Positions 41,849 through 52,026 of a stretch of 64,000 nt of DNA are shown one piece after another (position 1 is the stretch's first letter; each line of letters opens with the position of its first letter). Made by a program: the position numbers and the translations under genes. The notes under the pieces were generated by a model that searched no databases, was not told the DNA's origin, and saw only the letters and a list, made by a program, of their open reading frames with translations. This DNA comes from Caldimonas sp. (lineage in GTDB: Bacteria > Pseudomonadota > Gammaproteobacteria > Burkholderiales > Burkholderiaceae_C), in contig JBDTPG010000001.1 of the NCBI GenBank assembly GCA_039932815.1, positions 8,956 through 72,955 of the forward strand, written 5' to 3'.

Positions 41849-42573
41849 GACGGCGCGCCGCTCACCGGCGCCACGAGGATGTAGCCGGCACCGCGCACCG
41901 ACTTGATCAGCTGCGGATCGTCGCTGTCCTTCTCGATCTTCTTGCGCAGCCGGCCGACCTGGACGTCGATCGTCCGATCGAACGGACCCGCCTCGCGGCC
42001 GCGCGTTTCCCCGAGCAGGAAGTCACGCGACAGGACGCGTCCTGCGTGCGAGAGGAATGTCGACAGCAGATCGAACTCGCCGCTGGTCAACGCGACTTCG
42101 TGGCCTTCGGGATTCAGTAGCCGTCGCGCCGACAAGTCGAGCTCCCAGCCGGCGAAGCGCCGTCTTTCGCCCGCTTCGGCCCCCGCCGACGGCGCGACGG
42201 CCGAGACGCGCCGCAGCACCGCCTTGATCCGCGCCAGCAGCTCGCGGAGATCGAACGGCTTGGTGACGTAGTCGTCGGCACCGATCTCCAGCCCCACCAC
42301 CTTGTCGACGGCGTCGCCGCGCCCGGTCACCATGACGACGCCGCAGCGCCAGCGCGCGCGGATCTCGCGCGCGATGGAGAAACCGTCGGCGCCGGGGAGT
42401 CCGACGTCGAGCAGGACCAGCGCCGGCGCGTCTTCTTCCATCAATCGGAAGAGCGCGGCGCCGTCGTGCAGTTGCGTCACGCGGAATCCGTTCGCCTGAA
42501 GGTAGGTCGCCAGCAGGCGGGTGATGTCGGCTTCGTCGTCGACGACGGCGAGGTGCGGCTTGGCCGTATCCAC
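41845..42573 (-). CDS. OmpR-family response regulator
   Basis: VVDDE, LLDVGLPGADG, GADDYVTKPF, winged helix DRTIDVQVGRLRKKIE...SVRGAGY; overlaps the kinase start. Confidence 0.95.
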
Positions 42574-42684
42574 GAACCACCTGGAAATTGACCGGAATTG
42601 TCGATATTAAGGCCGTGAACCTCCGGAGGGGTGTCAGGCCAGTGACCCGCTGCCGCTCGCCGGGAGGGCGTTACGCTGCGGAAC

Positions 42685-42951
42685 CTAGCGCGGGCTCTGA
42701 TTCGGCATGTAGTCCGGGCAGGTGTCGACGAATCCCCCGTCGGCTCTGGCAGTGTCAATGGGATCCCTCGACGGGCCGCTCGTTTCGCCGCCAAGCCCAA
42801 GGGATTGCCGGGGAGGTATCGGTAACGACGGGCTGGAACTTCGGCAAAGCTCACGGCCCGCCACCGCATGGCCTTTCGGCTCGCCGCGCCGCCCTTTCCG
42901 GCCGAACAGCGACCGGAGCGCCGCGATTGCCCAGGTTTCCTGGCCCATCAT
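42685..42951 (-). CDS. hypothetical small protein (88 aa)
   Basis: GAGGG RBS before ATG 42951; FNR box 53 bp upstream; low-complexity product, no recognised domain. Confidence 0.4.
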   Translation of the reverse strand: MMGQETWAIAALRSLFGRKGRRGEPKGHAVAGRELCRSSSPSLPIPPRQSLGLGGETSGPSRDPIDTARADGGFVDTCPDYMPNQSPR

Positions 42952-43003
42952 GTCGCCCTCGAAACTGACACGTTGACGATAGTGAATGAACGTTCCCGCG
43001 TCG

Positions 43004-43017
43004 TTGACCTGACGCAA
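43004..43017 (-). promoter_or_regulatory. FNR/FixK box
   Basis: TTGAC-CTGA-CGCAA. Confidence 0.65.
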
Positions 43018-43024
43018 CGTCGAC

Positions 43025-44410
43025 TCAACTGGCTGACGCGACGACGCGCTTCAGCTTGCCCGACCGGCCCCGGTGCGGGGCGCGCCCGCTGACGCAGTGG
43101 ATGCGCACCGGCAGCGCGCCTTGCTCGTGAAGAAATTCGCCCAGCACGTCGCGCGCCCGATGCAGCCGTCGCGTCGCCGCCGATCCGCGCTCCGGCGTGC
43201 TCAGAGAAAGCTCGCCTGCGCCTTGCTGGACGAGCTGGAAATCGAACAAGCCGGCCTGCTCTTCCAGCACCGTGGTGAGGGCGAGCGGCACGATCGAGAT
43301 TCGGCGCCCCCCCTCGCCGAGCAGCGACAGCGTCTCGTCGCAGCGCCCGCAGACGTCCAGGACCGGCAGCGGCGAGCCGCACGGGCAAGCCTCCGGCCGC
43401 AGCGTCACCTGATCGCCGATGTCATAGCGGATCAGGGGCTGGACGTGATTGGCCAGGTTCGTGAGCAAGGTCGTGACGCCCGGAGTCCCGGGGGGCACCG
43501 CGTTGCCGTCCGCGTCGACGGGCTCGAGAATCGCCCAGTCGCTGTTGAGATGCAACGCCCCGTGCTTGCATTCGCACGCGAGCGCGAGGAACTCGGACGT
43601 TCCGTAGCTGTTGACGACCGTGCAGCCGAAGGCGTCGCGGATGAACTTGCGCATTCCCGGCGACAGCGTTTCGCCCCCGGTCCAGATCTCGCGCGGCGCC
43701 TTGTGCAGCCGCCCCGCCAAGAACTCGCCGGCGAGCAGCACGGCGGCGCTCGGGTACGTCGCGATGACCGAGGGAGCGATCCGGTCGAGCTCGCGGACGA
43801 GCACGTCGATCGGCTGGAGGAACGACAGGCACGACAGGCCGCCCGCGAGCAGCGGGTTCAGCCGCCTGAGCCTCTCGATCGACACGGTGCTGGCGAAATG
43901 GCCGCCGGTGGCGCCGACGAAGACCATCTTCTCGCCCAGGCCCCAGGGGTCGAGCAGGCGTCGCCACGGCTGCAGGTCGGGCTTGCGCAGGAGCTCGAGG
44001 CTGTCATAGACCGCCATCGCCGCGGCGTCCTGGACGAAGTAGCCCGGCTCGCCGCTGCTGCCGGAGCTCTCGAAGACGGTGTACTTGTCGAGAAACGACT
44101 TGCCGACGTGGGCCGGATCGGCCGCGAAGTCGCGGACATCCGCGAGGCGAACCTCGGGTTCGGTGCACCAGCGGTCGAAGCATCGCATCAGCTCGGCCTT
44201 GCGCATCACGGGCATGTCCGCGAGGCGAGGCGCGTCTGCGCTGCCCGTGAGCAGGTGGCGATACAACGGCGAGCGGTGGATGGCCGCCTCCAGCAGCGCA
44301 GCCGTGCGCCGGGCGCGGCGGTCGGCGAGGTCGACGGGTCGGGCGTGCGCCGCCAGCGCGATATCGGCAGCGACCAGTGCAGTCGACCAGGGATCGAAGG
44401 AGGCTTGCAT
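43025..44410 (-). CDS. phenylacetate-CoA ligase (PaaK/CapK)-family adenylate-forming enzyme
   Basis: ESSGSSGEP P-loop, TGGETL, NSYGTSE, PLIRYDIGD, CPCGS, GRCDE, SGKLKRV; start ATG 44410. Confidence 0.88.
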   Translation of the reverse strand: MQASFDPWSTALVAADIALAAHARPVDLADRRARRTAALLEAAIHRSPLYRHLLTGSADAPRLADMPVMRKAELMRCFDRWCTEPEVRLADVRDFAADPAHVGKSFLDKYTVFESSGSSGEPGYFVQDAAAMAVYDSLELLRKPDLQPWRRLLDPWGLGEKMVFVGATGGHFASTVSIERLRRLNPLLAGGLSCLSFLQPIDVLVRELDRIAPSVIATYPSAAVLLAGEFLAGRLHKAPREIWTGGETLSPGMRKFIRDAFGCTVVNSYGTSEFLALACECKHGALHLNSDWAILEPVDADGNAVPPGTPGVTTLLTNLANHVQPLIRYDIGDQVTLRPEACPCGSPLPVLDVCGRCDETLSLLGEGGRRISIVPLALTTVLEEQAGLFDFQLVQQGAGELSLSTPERGSAATRRLHRARDVLGEFLHEQGALPVRIHCVSGRAPHRGRSGKLKRVVASAS

Positions 44411-44478
44411 GGGCGATCTCGTTCGAGGCAGACGTAAACGCAGACGCAGACATCTTCGCCGCTCGAATGCCGGTGGTC

Positions 44479-44492
44479 TTGACCGGGCGCAA
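44479..44492 (-). promoter_or_regulatory. FNR/FixK box (faces the CoA-ligase gene)
   Basis: TTGAC-CGGG-CGCAA. Confidence 0.7.
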
Positions 44493-44522
44493 GGTCCGCC
44501 CGCCACGCATGGCCTTCGCAGC

Positions 44523-44536
44523 TTGCGCGGTGTCAA
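44523..44536 (+). promoter_or_regulatory. FNR/FixK box (faces mgtA)
   Basis: TTGCG-CGGT-GTCAA; -10-like TACCCT at 44559. Confidence 0.7.
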
Positions 44537-44569
44537 GCGCCGGCGTGGCCAAGCTCCGTACCCTGACCT

Positions 44570-47139
44570 GTGCGCCCATCCTCCATGGAAACTGCCGAGA
44601 TCCGGAGGCCTCGCCCGTGGTGGCTCGAGCCGTTGTCGACGATAGCGGCGACCGGGCTGACGACCATCGAGGCCGGGGCGCGCCTGCGCGAGTTCGGCCC
44701 CAATTCCACGCATCAGGCGTCGGCGCGGCCGCTCGCCCGCCAGCTCTGGAATCGCTTGCGCAACCCCCTGCTGCTCATCCTTCTGGCCGCGAGCGCGATC
44801 TCGGCGGCCACCGGCGACGTCACCAACTTCGCCATCATCGTCTTCATGGTGGTGCTCAGCGTGCGCTCGATTTCTTCCAGGAGCACCGCGCGACCCACGC
44901 CGCGGCGAAGCTGCGCGTGTCCCTGGCGCTTCGCGCGAAGACCGTTCGCGACGGCACCGAGACCGAGTTGCCCGTCGACGCGGTGGTCCCCGGCGATGTC
45001 GTCCTGCTCTGTGCCGGCGACCGCGTTCCCGCCGACGCCCGCGTCCTGCAGGCACGCGACTTCTTCGTCAACCAGGGCTTGCTGACGGGCGAGGCGTATC
45101 CGGTCGAGAAGACGGCCTCTGACCTCCCGGGGGAAGCGGTCGAGCTCCAGCAGGCGACCAATGCCGTGTTCGCCGGCAGCTCGGTCGTCAGCGGAAGCGC
45201 GCGCGTCGTCGTCGCCGCGACGGGCGCGGCGTCCGAGCTCGGACAGGTCGCGCGCCAGATCCAGGTGGAACCGCCCCCCACCGCGTTCGAAGTGGCGATC
45301 CACCGCTTCGGCGTGATGATCATGAGGATCACGCTGCTCCTGGTGCTGTTCGTCATCCTGGTCAACGTCAGCCTGCACCGGCCGTTGCTCGACTCGTTCC
45401 TGTTCGCGATCGCCCTCGCCGTCGGCCTGACCCCGGAGCTGCTCCCCATGGTCGTGTCGGTGACGCTCTCGCGCGGCGCGATGCGGATGGCCAGGCGCCG
45501 GGTGATCGTCAAGCGACTCGCTGCCATCCAGAACCTCGGCTCGATGGACGTGCTGTGCACCGACAAGACCGGCACGCTCACCGAAGCGAAGATCTCGCTG
45601 GAGCGATGCATCGACGGTGCGGGCCGGGAGGCGCCGCGGGTTCTCCTTCTGGCCCATCTCAACAGCGCCTTCGAGAGCGGGCTGAAGAGCCCCCTCGACG
45701 AGGCCATCCTCGCGCTGCCCGTCGACGTCGCGGGCTGGCAGAAGCTCGACGAAGTGCCGTTCGACTTCGAGCGGCGCCGCGTCTCGGTGCTGCTCTCGCG
45801 GGGCACTGAACGGCGCCTGGTCGTGAAGGGGGCACCCGACGACGTCCTCGCCCTCTGCGATCGCTACGAGCACGAAGGCAAGGCGTCGCCGCTGGACGAT
45901 CGGACGCGCGGATCGCTGCGCGAGCGGTGCCATGCGCTCGAGCGCGAGGGCCTGCGCGTTCTCGGGGTCGCCTCGCGCGAGGTGCCGCAAGACCACGGCC
46001 ATGCCGCCGTCGGCGACGAACGCGAGCTCGTGTTCGCGGGCTTCGCGGCCTTCATCGATCCGCCGAAGCAGGGCGCGCGCGAGGCGATCGCCGCCATGGC
46101 GCGCAGCGACGTCGCCGTCAAGGTCGTCACCGGGGACAGCGACCTGGTCGCGACCCACCTCGCGTCGCTGCTTCACCTGAAGGTGCAGGGCGTCCTGACG
46201 GGCGCCGAGATGAGCGCGATGGACGACCTGGCGCTGCGCGCCCGGGTCGATCGAACCACCCTCTTCTGCCGCGTCAACCCGGGGCAGAAGAGCCGGATCA
46301 TCCTCGCCCTGCGAGCGCGCGGGCACGTCGTCGGCTACCTCGGCGACGGCGTCAACGACGCACCGCCGCTGCACGCCGCCGACGTCGGCATCAGCGTCGA
46401 CTCGGCGGCGGACGTCGCCCGCGAAGTGGCCGACATGGTCATGCTCGACCACAGCCTGGCGGCGCTCCACGAGGGCGTGCTGGAAGGCCGGCGCACCTAC
46501 GGGAACATCGCCAAGTACATCATGATGGGCACCAGCTCCAACCTCGGCAACATGGTGAGCATGGCGGGAGCGTCGCTCTTCCTGCCCTTCCTGCCGATGC
46601 TGCCGACGCAGATCCTGCTCAACAACGTCCTCTACGACGTTTCCCAGGCCGCGATACCGCTCGACCGGGTCGATGCGCGCGACCTGAAGAAGCCGCGCAG
46701 CCTCGACATGGGTTTCGTGCAGCGCTACATGTGGACCTTCGGCCTGATCAGCTCGGCGTTCGACGCCCTGACGTTCTGGCTCCTGCTGGTGGTGCTCCAC
46801 GCCGATGAGACGCTCTTTCGCACCGGCTGGTTCGTCGAGTCGCTCCTCACCCAGGTGCTGGTGATCTTCGTCATCCGCACCCGCGGCGCGCCCTGGGCGA
46901 GCAAGCCGAGCGGCGCGCTCGTCGCGACGTCACTGGGCATCGGCGCCATCGCGCTGCTCCTGCCCTTCTCGCCGATCGCGCCCTTGTTCCACCTCACCCC
47001 GCCGCCGGCGATCTTCTACGCGTGGCTGCTGTCGATGGCCCTCGTCTACCTCGCGATCGTCGAGGCGGCGAAGCGGGTCTTCTACCGTCTCGCGCCGTTT
47101 GTTGATCGAAAGCAAGGCCCCCGGATCCGGCAGGCCTAG
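44570..47139 (+). CDS. mgtA: Mg2+-translocating P-type ATPase (MgtA-like); 1-bp frameshift near 44864, probably a sequence error
   Basis: First frame GLTTIEAGARLREFGPN...NPLLLILL...VVLSV continues in another frame as LDFFQEHRA; LTGE, AVGLTPELLPM, CTDKTGTLT, PFDFERRR, GDGVNDAP, MGTSSNLGN; start GTG 44570 or ATG 44585. Confidence 0.88.
47102..47115 (+). promoter_or_regulatory. FNR/FixK box upstream of phaB, inside the mgtA 3' end
   Basis: TTGAT-CGAA-AGCAA; -10-like TAGAGT at 47137. Confidence 0.65.
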
Positions 47140-47169
47140 AGTCTTCGCATTCGACGCCGGAGGTGGCAC

Positions 47170-47889
47170 ATGCGAGTTGCGCTGATCACGGGTGGCACGC
47201 GGGGCATCGGCGCCGCCACCGCCGAAGCGATGCTGGCGGCAGGCTACCGCGTCGCGGTGAGCTATCGCAGCGGCCGCACCGAGGCCGAGGCCTTCACGGC
47301 GCGAACGGGAATCGGCAGCTACCAGTGGGACGTCGCCGACGCCGAGCGATGCACGTCGTCGGTGGCGGGGATCGAGGAAGCGCTCGGCCCGATCGAGGTC
47401 CTGGTCAACAACGCCGGCATCACCCGCGACGCGATGCTCCACAAGATGACCGCCCAGCAATGGCGCGAGGTCGTCGACGTGAACCTCGGCGGCTGCTTCA
47501 ACATGTGCCGGGCCGTCATCGGCGGCATGCGCGCGCGTCGCTTCGGGCGGATCGTCAACCTCGGGTCGGTCAACGGCTTGTCGGGTCAGCTCGGCCAGAC
47601 GAACTATGCGGCGACCAAGGCGGCATTGATCGGCTTCACCAAGTCCCTGGCCCTGGAAGGCGCCTCGCACAACATCACCGTCAACGTCCTCGCGCCGGGC
47701 TACACCGACACCGACATGGTCGGCGCGGTACCGCCGGAGGTGATGCAGAAGATCCTCGCCGCGATCCCCGCCGGCCGGCTCGCGACTCCGGCCGAGGTCG
47801 CGCGCTGCGTCGTCTTCCTCGCCAGCGACGATTCGGCGTTCATCAACGGGGTCACGCTGTCGATCAACGGCGGCAAGTACATGGCGTGA
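47170..47889 (+). CDS. phaB: acetoacetyl-CoA reductase
   Basis: ITGGTRGIG, VNNAGITRD, SVNG, GQTNYAATKA, TLSINGG; GGAGG RBS; phaC nearby. Confidence 0.88.
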   Translation: MRVALITGGTRGIGAATAEAMLAAGYRVAVSYRSGRTEAEAFTARTGIGSYQWDVADAERCTSSVAGIEEALGPIEVLVNNAGITRDAMLHKMTAQQWREVVDVNLGGCFNMCRAVIGGMRARRFGRIVNLGSVNGLSGQLGQTNYAATKAALIGFTKSLALEGASHNITVNVLAPGYTDTDMVGAVPPEVMQKILAAIPAGRLATPAEVARCVVFLASDDSAFINGVTLSINGGKYMA

Positions 47890-47949
47890 AGTTCGAGCGC
47901 GACGCGCTCGACCGGGCGCCGCCTGGACAGCGCCCTCTCGGGCCATGCC

Positions 47950-48408
47950 TCATGCGTGGGGCGGGTCGCCGCGCACGAGCAGGATCGGCACGGTGGCCGT
48001 GCGCACGATGAGCTCGGCGTCGCTGCCCAGCAGCATCCGGCGCGCGCCGCGACGGCCATGCGTGCCGAGGACGATCACGTCCGCCTGCCACGATTTGATC
48101 TGCTCGAGGATCCGGTCGCTGAGGCGGGAATCGAGGCCCTCGAAGAGCTTCGCTTCCACCGACACGCCCTCCTTTTCGACGCGCTCGCGCGCTGCGTCGA
48201 GGATCTTCTGGCCCGCGTCCTTCAGCATGCCCAGCACATCCGCCGACATGGCTGCGTAGCCTTCCGCGGCGAAGAGGAACGGCATCTGATCGACGACATG
48301 CACCAGGCGGAGGCGGCCTTTGGTGAGCTTGGCCAGCTTGACGGCTTCGTCGAGGCCGAGATTGGAGGTCGCGCTGCCGTCGACGGGAACGAGAATCCGC
48401 TGGTACAT
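47950..48408 (-). CDS. universal stress protein
   Basis: MYQRILVPVDGS...VLGTHGRRG...LLGSDAELIVR. Confidence 0.95.
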   Translation of the reverse strand: MYQRILVPVDGSATSNLGLDEAVKLAKLTKGRLRLVHVVDQMPFLFAAEGYAAMSADVLGMLKDAGQKILDAARERVEKEGVSVEAKLFEGLDSRLSDRILEQIKSWQADVIVLGTHGRRGARRMLLGSDAELIVRTATVPILLVRGDPPHA

Positions 48409-48465
48409 CGCGTGCTCCTGCAGGTGTGGACGACGCCAGTCTCGGCGCCTGCCGGTCAATGCGCC

Positions 48466-48479
48466 TTGAGTTGAATCAA
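48466..48479. promoter_or_regulatory. FNR/FixK box between divergent usp and kinase genes
   Basis: TTGAG-TTGA-ATCAA. Confidence 0.8.
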
Positions 48480-48514
48480 CTTCCAGCCGGCACCGATGCG
48501 CGACCCTCCGCGGC

Positions 48515-50065
48515 GTGCCCCTATCGGACCCGCTTCCCGTAGCGCGCGAGCGCATTCAGCGACTTCGCGAGCACCTCGCCGAGAGGACCGGGCAGCCCGT
48601 GCGCCTGGTCGAGACGCACATCTCGTGGGTGCTGCTGGGCGACAAGATCGCCTGGAAGCTGAAGAAGCCGGTCCGGTTGCCGTTCCTGAACTTTCGCACG
48701 CTCGCTTCGCGTCGGCACTATTGCACCGAGGAGTTGCGCGTGAACCGCCGGTTCGCGCCCGATATGTACCTCGACGTCGTCGATGTCGTCCGGGCGGCCG
48801 GCGGCGTGCGGATCGGCGTCCCGGGCCACGTCGTCGACGTGGCGCTTCGGATGCGCCGCTTCGCCGACGGCGCGCTCTGGAGCGAACGCCTCGGCCGAGG
48901 CGAGGTGCGCGAATCCGATGTCGACGCGCTGGCGGCGCTGTTGGCAGCGTTCCACCGCGCGGCGCCGCAGGCGCTGCCTTCCGGCCCGCACGGCCGCCCG
49001 GAAACTCACGCCCAGGTCATCGAGGGGCTGCTGGCAGTGCTGCCGTTGCTCGACCCCGGCACCGCGCCTGTCTCGATCTGGATGCGCAGCGAATGCGCGC
49101 GCCTCGGCGACCATTTCGAGCAGCGCCGCATCGGCGGCCACGTTCGCGAGGGACACGGCGACCTGCACCTAGGCAACATCGTGCAGATCGGCGACCGGCC
49201 GACGCCTTTCGATGCGATCGAGTTCAACGACTCGCTGCGCTGGATCGATCCGATCCAGGACCTCGCGTTCCCGGTGATGGACCTTCTCGCGCATGGTGCG
49301 GCCGAGCTCGCGTGGCGCTTGCTCAACCGCTGGCTGGAGGCCACTGGCGACTACGGCGGCCTGCCGGCGCTGCGCTTTCATCTCGTGTGTCGCGCGCTGG
49401 TGCGGGCGCAGGTCTGCGCCCTGCGCGAGCGCGAAGGCGCTCGCGGCGACGCGACCTGCACCAGCGCCGCCTATCGCGCGCTGGCCCTCTCGCTGACGCG
49501 TCCCGAGCGGGCCCGCCTGGCGATCACGCACGGCCTGCCCGGTTCCGGCAAGACGACCACGGCGCGCCGGCTCGCCCACGCGGCCGGTGCGCTGCACCTG
49601 CGTTCCGACGTCGAGCGCAAGCGCCTGTTCGGCCTGACGCCGTTGCAGCGGCCTGAAGCGCTGCCCGGCATGTACGGCGCCGACGCGACCGCGCGAACCT
49701 ATGGCCGCCTGGCCGAGCTGGCCGGCATCGGGCTGCGTGCCGGATGGTCGGTCGTCGTCGACGCCGCGTTCCTGCTGCAAGAGGAACGCAAGGCCTTCGC
49801 CGACCTCGCCGCGAAGGCGCGTGTTCCGCTCACCGTCATCGACTGTGTCGCGCCGGCCGCCGTGCTGCGCGAGCGCGTACGCGCGCGGCACGACCAGGGC
49901 GACGACGCCTCCGACGCGGACGTCGCCGTACTGGAGCGGCTCGCGGAGATCGCCGAGCCGCTCGACGGGCGAGAGCGTCGTCACATCATCGAAGTCGATG
50001 CAGCCCCAGCCAAGGCAAGCGACGGGGCGGATCTTGTGAGCCGCTGGCGATCGGCGTCACGCTGA
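48515..50065 (+). CDS. aminoglycoside-phosphotransferase-like plus AAA_33 P-loop kinase fusion (Rv2004c-like)
   Basis: ETHISWVLL, KLKKPV, EELRVNRR, HGDLHLGNI, FDAIEFN, GLPGSGKTT, RSDVERK, SDAD. Confidence 0.92.
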   Translation: MPLSDPLPVARERIQRLREHLAERTGQPVRLVETHISWVLLGDKIAWKLKKPVRLPFLNFRTLASRRHYCTEELRVNRRFAPDMYLDVVDVVRAAGGVRIGVPGHVVDVALRMRRFADGALWSERLGRGEVRESDVDALAALLAAFHRAAPQALPSGPHGRPETHAQVIEGLLAVLPLLDPGTAPVSIWMRSECARLGDHFEQRRIGGHVREGHGDLHLGNIVQIGDRPTPFDAIEFNDSLRWIDPIQDLAFPVMDLLAHGAAELAWRLLNRWLEATGDYGGLPALRFHLVCRALVRAQVCALREREGARGDATCTSAAYRALALSLTRPERARLAITHGLPGSGKTTTARRLAHAAGALHLRSDVERKRLFGLTPLQRPEALPGMYGADATARTYGRLAELAGIGLRAGWSVVVDAAFLLQEERKAFADLAAKARVPLTVIDCVAPAAVLRERVRARHDQGDDASDADVAVLERLAEIAEPLDGRERRHIIEVDAAPAKASDGADLVSRWRSASR

Positions 50066-50074
50066 TGCGGCAGC

Positions 50075-50088
50075 TTGCGCGAGCGCAA
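50075..50088 (+). promoter_or_regulatory. FixK-type box upstream of phaC
   Basis: TTGCG-CGAG-CGCAA; GAAAAT at 50111. Confidence 0.5.
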
Positions 50089-50173
50089 GGGCCGGTTTTC
50101 ATCGCGCCGAGAAAATAGGCCAACGACACAACACGAGTTTCGCGCCCGACTTGCGCGGCGTCGAACCAGCACC

Positions 50174-51982
50174 ATGGTGCGAGCCCAACCCGACTCCCGG
50201 CGACATCCGGACAAGCCGCTTCCGATTCACACTCCGGTGGACGAAGCGGCTCCTTCGCCGGGCGCAGCGCCGTGGCTCGACCTCGACCGATCGTTGCAGG
50301 CGGAGCTCGCCCAGCTCACGCACGGCATCTCGCCCGCCGCGATCGCGGCAGCGTACCTGGACTGGTGGGTTCACCTGGCCATCTCCCCCGGCAAGCAACT
50401 GTCGCTTCTTTCCAAGGCTTCCGAGAACATCCGGCAGCTCGCACTTCTTGCAGCAGCCACCGACGCCGCCGGCGACGCCAGCGGACGCGTGGCCGACGCC
50501 AAGGATCGGCGCTTCGCTGCCACCGAATGGCAAGGCTGGCCGTACTCGTGGATCCATCGAAGCTTTCTGCTCAACCAGCAATGGTGGGAAAGCGCGACGA
50601 CCGGCGTCGAAGGCGTCACCCGGCATCACGAACAGGTCGCCGCCTTCATCGCGCGCCAGCTGCTCGACACCTGCTCGCCGTCCAACTTCCTCCTCACCAA
50701 CCCCGAAGTGCAAGCGCGGGTCGTCGAGACGGGCGGGGCCAACCTCTGGCAAGGCGGGCTCAACCGCATCGAAGACGCGATCCTCCTTGCGGCCGGCAAA
50801 CCGTCGCCTGGCACCGACGCCTTTCGCCCGGGCCACGAAGTCGCGATCACGCCGGGCAAGGTCGTCTACGCGAACCGCCTGATCGAGCTCATCCAGTACG
50901 CGCCCCGCACCCCGTCGGTCCATTCGCGGCCGGTGCTGATCGTCCCGTCGTGGATCATGAAGTTCTACGTCCTCGACCTGTCGCCGCGCAACTCGCTGGT
51001 GAAATTCCTCGTCGAGCGAGGCCACACCGTCTTCATCGTGTCCTGGAAGAACCCCGACGCCGGCGACCGCGACCTGGGCATGGACGACTACCTGAAGCTC
51101 GGTGTCATGGCGGCGATCGACGAGATCGGCACCATCGTTCCCGGCAAGACGATCCAGGGCGTGGGCTATTGCCTCGGTGGCACGCTGCTGGCGATCGCCG
51201 CGGCGACCATGGCACGCGACGACGATGCCCGCCTGGCCTCGCTCACCCTGCTCGCCGCCTCGCTCGATTTCGACGACCCGGGCGAGCTGGGGCTCTTCAT
51301 CGACGAGAGCCAGCTGGCCTATCTCGACGCGTTGATGTCCAAGGCCGGGTACCTCGACGGCAAGCAGATGGCGGGAGCGTTCTCGATCCTCAATTCGCGC
51401 GACCTCGTTTGGTCGCGGATCGAACGCGAGTACCTGATGGGCACGCGCCTGCCCATCGGCGATCTCAACGCCTGGAACGCCGACGCGACGCGCATGCCGT
51501 TTCGGCAGCACCACGAATACCTGCGCCACCTCTACCTCGAGAACGATCTCGCCGAGGGGCGCTACGTCGTCGACGGCAAGCCCGTCGTGCTGACCGACAT
51601 CCGCGTCCCGATCTTCGCGCTCGGAACGCAGCGCGACACCGTGTCGCCGTGGCGATCGGTCTACAAGGTGCACCTGCTGACCGACACGGAGGTCACGTTC
51701 TGCCTGACGAGCGGCGGCCACAACGTCGGCATCGTCAATCCGCCGGGGCCGGGGCCGGCGCGCGCCTACCGGGTCGGCACCCGTGCCGCGTCGGACTACT
51801 ACGTCGATCCGGCGAGCTGGGAGCAGGCGGCGCCGACGCACGAAGGGTCGTGGTGGCCGACCTGGGCAGCCTGGCTCGGCGACCACGGTGGTGCGCGGGT
51901 GCGACCTCCTTCGATGGGCGGTGCGCTCGCGAAGGCGCGCCGGCTGCACGATGCCCCCGGGCGGTACGTGCTCGCCAATTGA
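50174..51982 (+). CDS. phaC: polyhydroxyalkanoate synthase (class I-like, PhaC2 type)
   Basis: SPSNFLLTNP, TPGKVV, IMKFYVLDL, lipase box GYCLGG, WNAD, Asp (QRDTVSPW), His (SGGHNVGI), GSWWP. Confidence 0.93.
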   Translation: MVRAQPDSRRHPDKPLPIHTPVDEAAPSPGAAPWLDLDRSLQAELAQLTHGISPAAIAAAYLDWWVHLAISPGKQLSLLSKASENIRQLALLAAATDAAGDASGRVADAKDRRFAATEWQGWPYSWIHRSFLLNQQWWESATTGVEGVTRHHEQVAAFIARQLLDTCSPSNFLLTNPEVQARVVETGGANLWQGGLNRIEDAILLAAGKPSPGTDAFRPGHEVAITPGKVVYANRLIELIQYAPRTPSVHSRPVLIVPSWIMKFYVLDLSPRNSLVKFLVERGHTVFIVSWKNPDAGDRDLGMDDYLKLGVMAAIDEIGTIVPGKTIQGVGYCLGGTLLAIAAATMARDDDARLASLTLLAASLDFDDPGELGLFIDESQLAYLDALMSKAGYLDGKQMAGAFSILNSRDLVWSRIEREYLMGTRLPIGDLNAWNADATRMPFRQHHEYLRHLYLENDLAEGRYVVDGKPVVLTDIRVPIFALGTQRDTVSPWRSVYKVHLLTDTEVTFCLTSGGHNVGIVNPPGPGPARAYRVGTRAASDYYVDPASWEQAAPTHEGSWWPTWAAWLGDHGGARVRPPSMGGALAKARRLHDAPGRYVLAN

Positions 51983-51992
51983 CAGCCGTCAA
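51979..51992 (+). promoter_or_regulatory. FNR/FixK box overlapping the phaC stop codon
   Basis: TTGAC-AGCC-GTCAA. Confidence 0.75.
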
Positions 51993-52026
51993 GGATGCGC
52001 GAACCCGCATCGGCAACGCTCGACGG

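Noticed and set aside
44860-44870. Programmed ribosomal frameshift in mgtA (likewise htrA2)
   Set aside because: No slippery heptamer at the breaks; similar indels in unrelated genes point to sequence error
48515-50065. Aminoglycoside resistance gene
   Set aside because: The APH-like fold is fused to a P-loop kinase as in Rv2004c-type stress proteins; no resistance context
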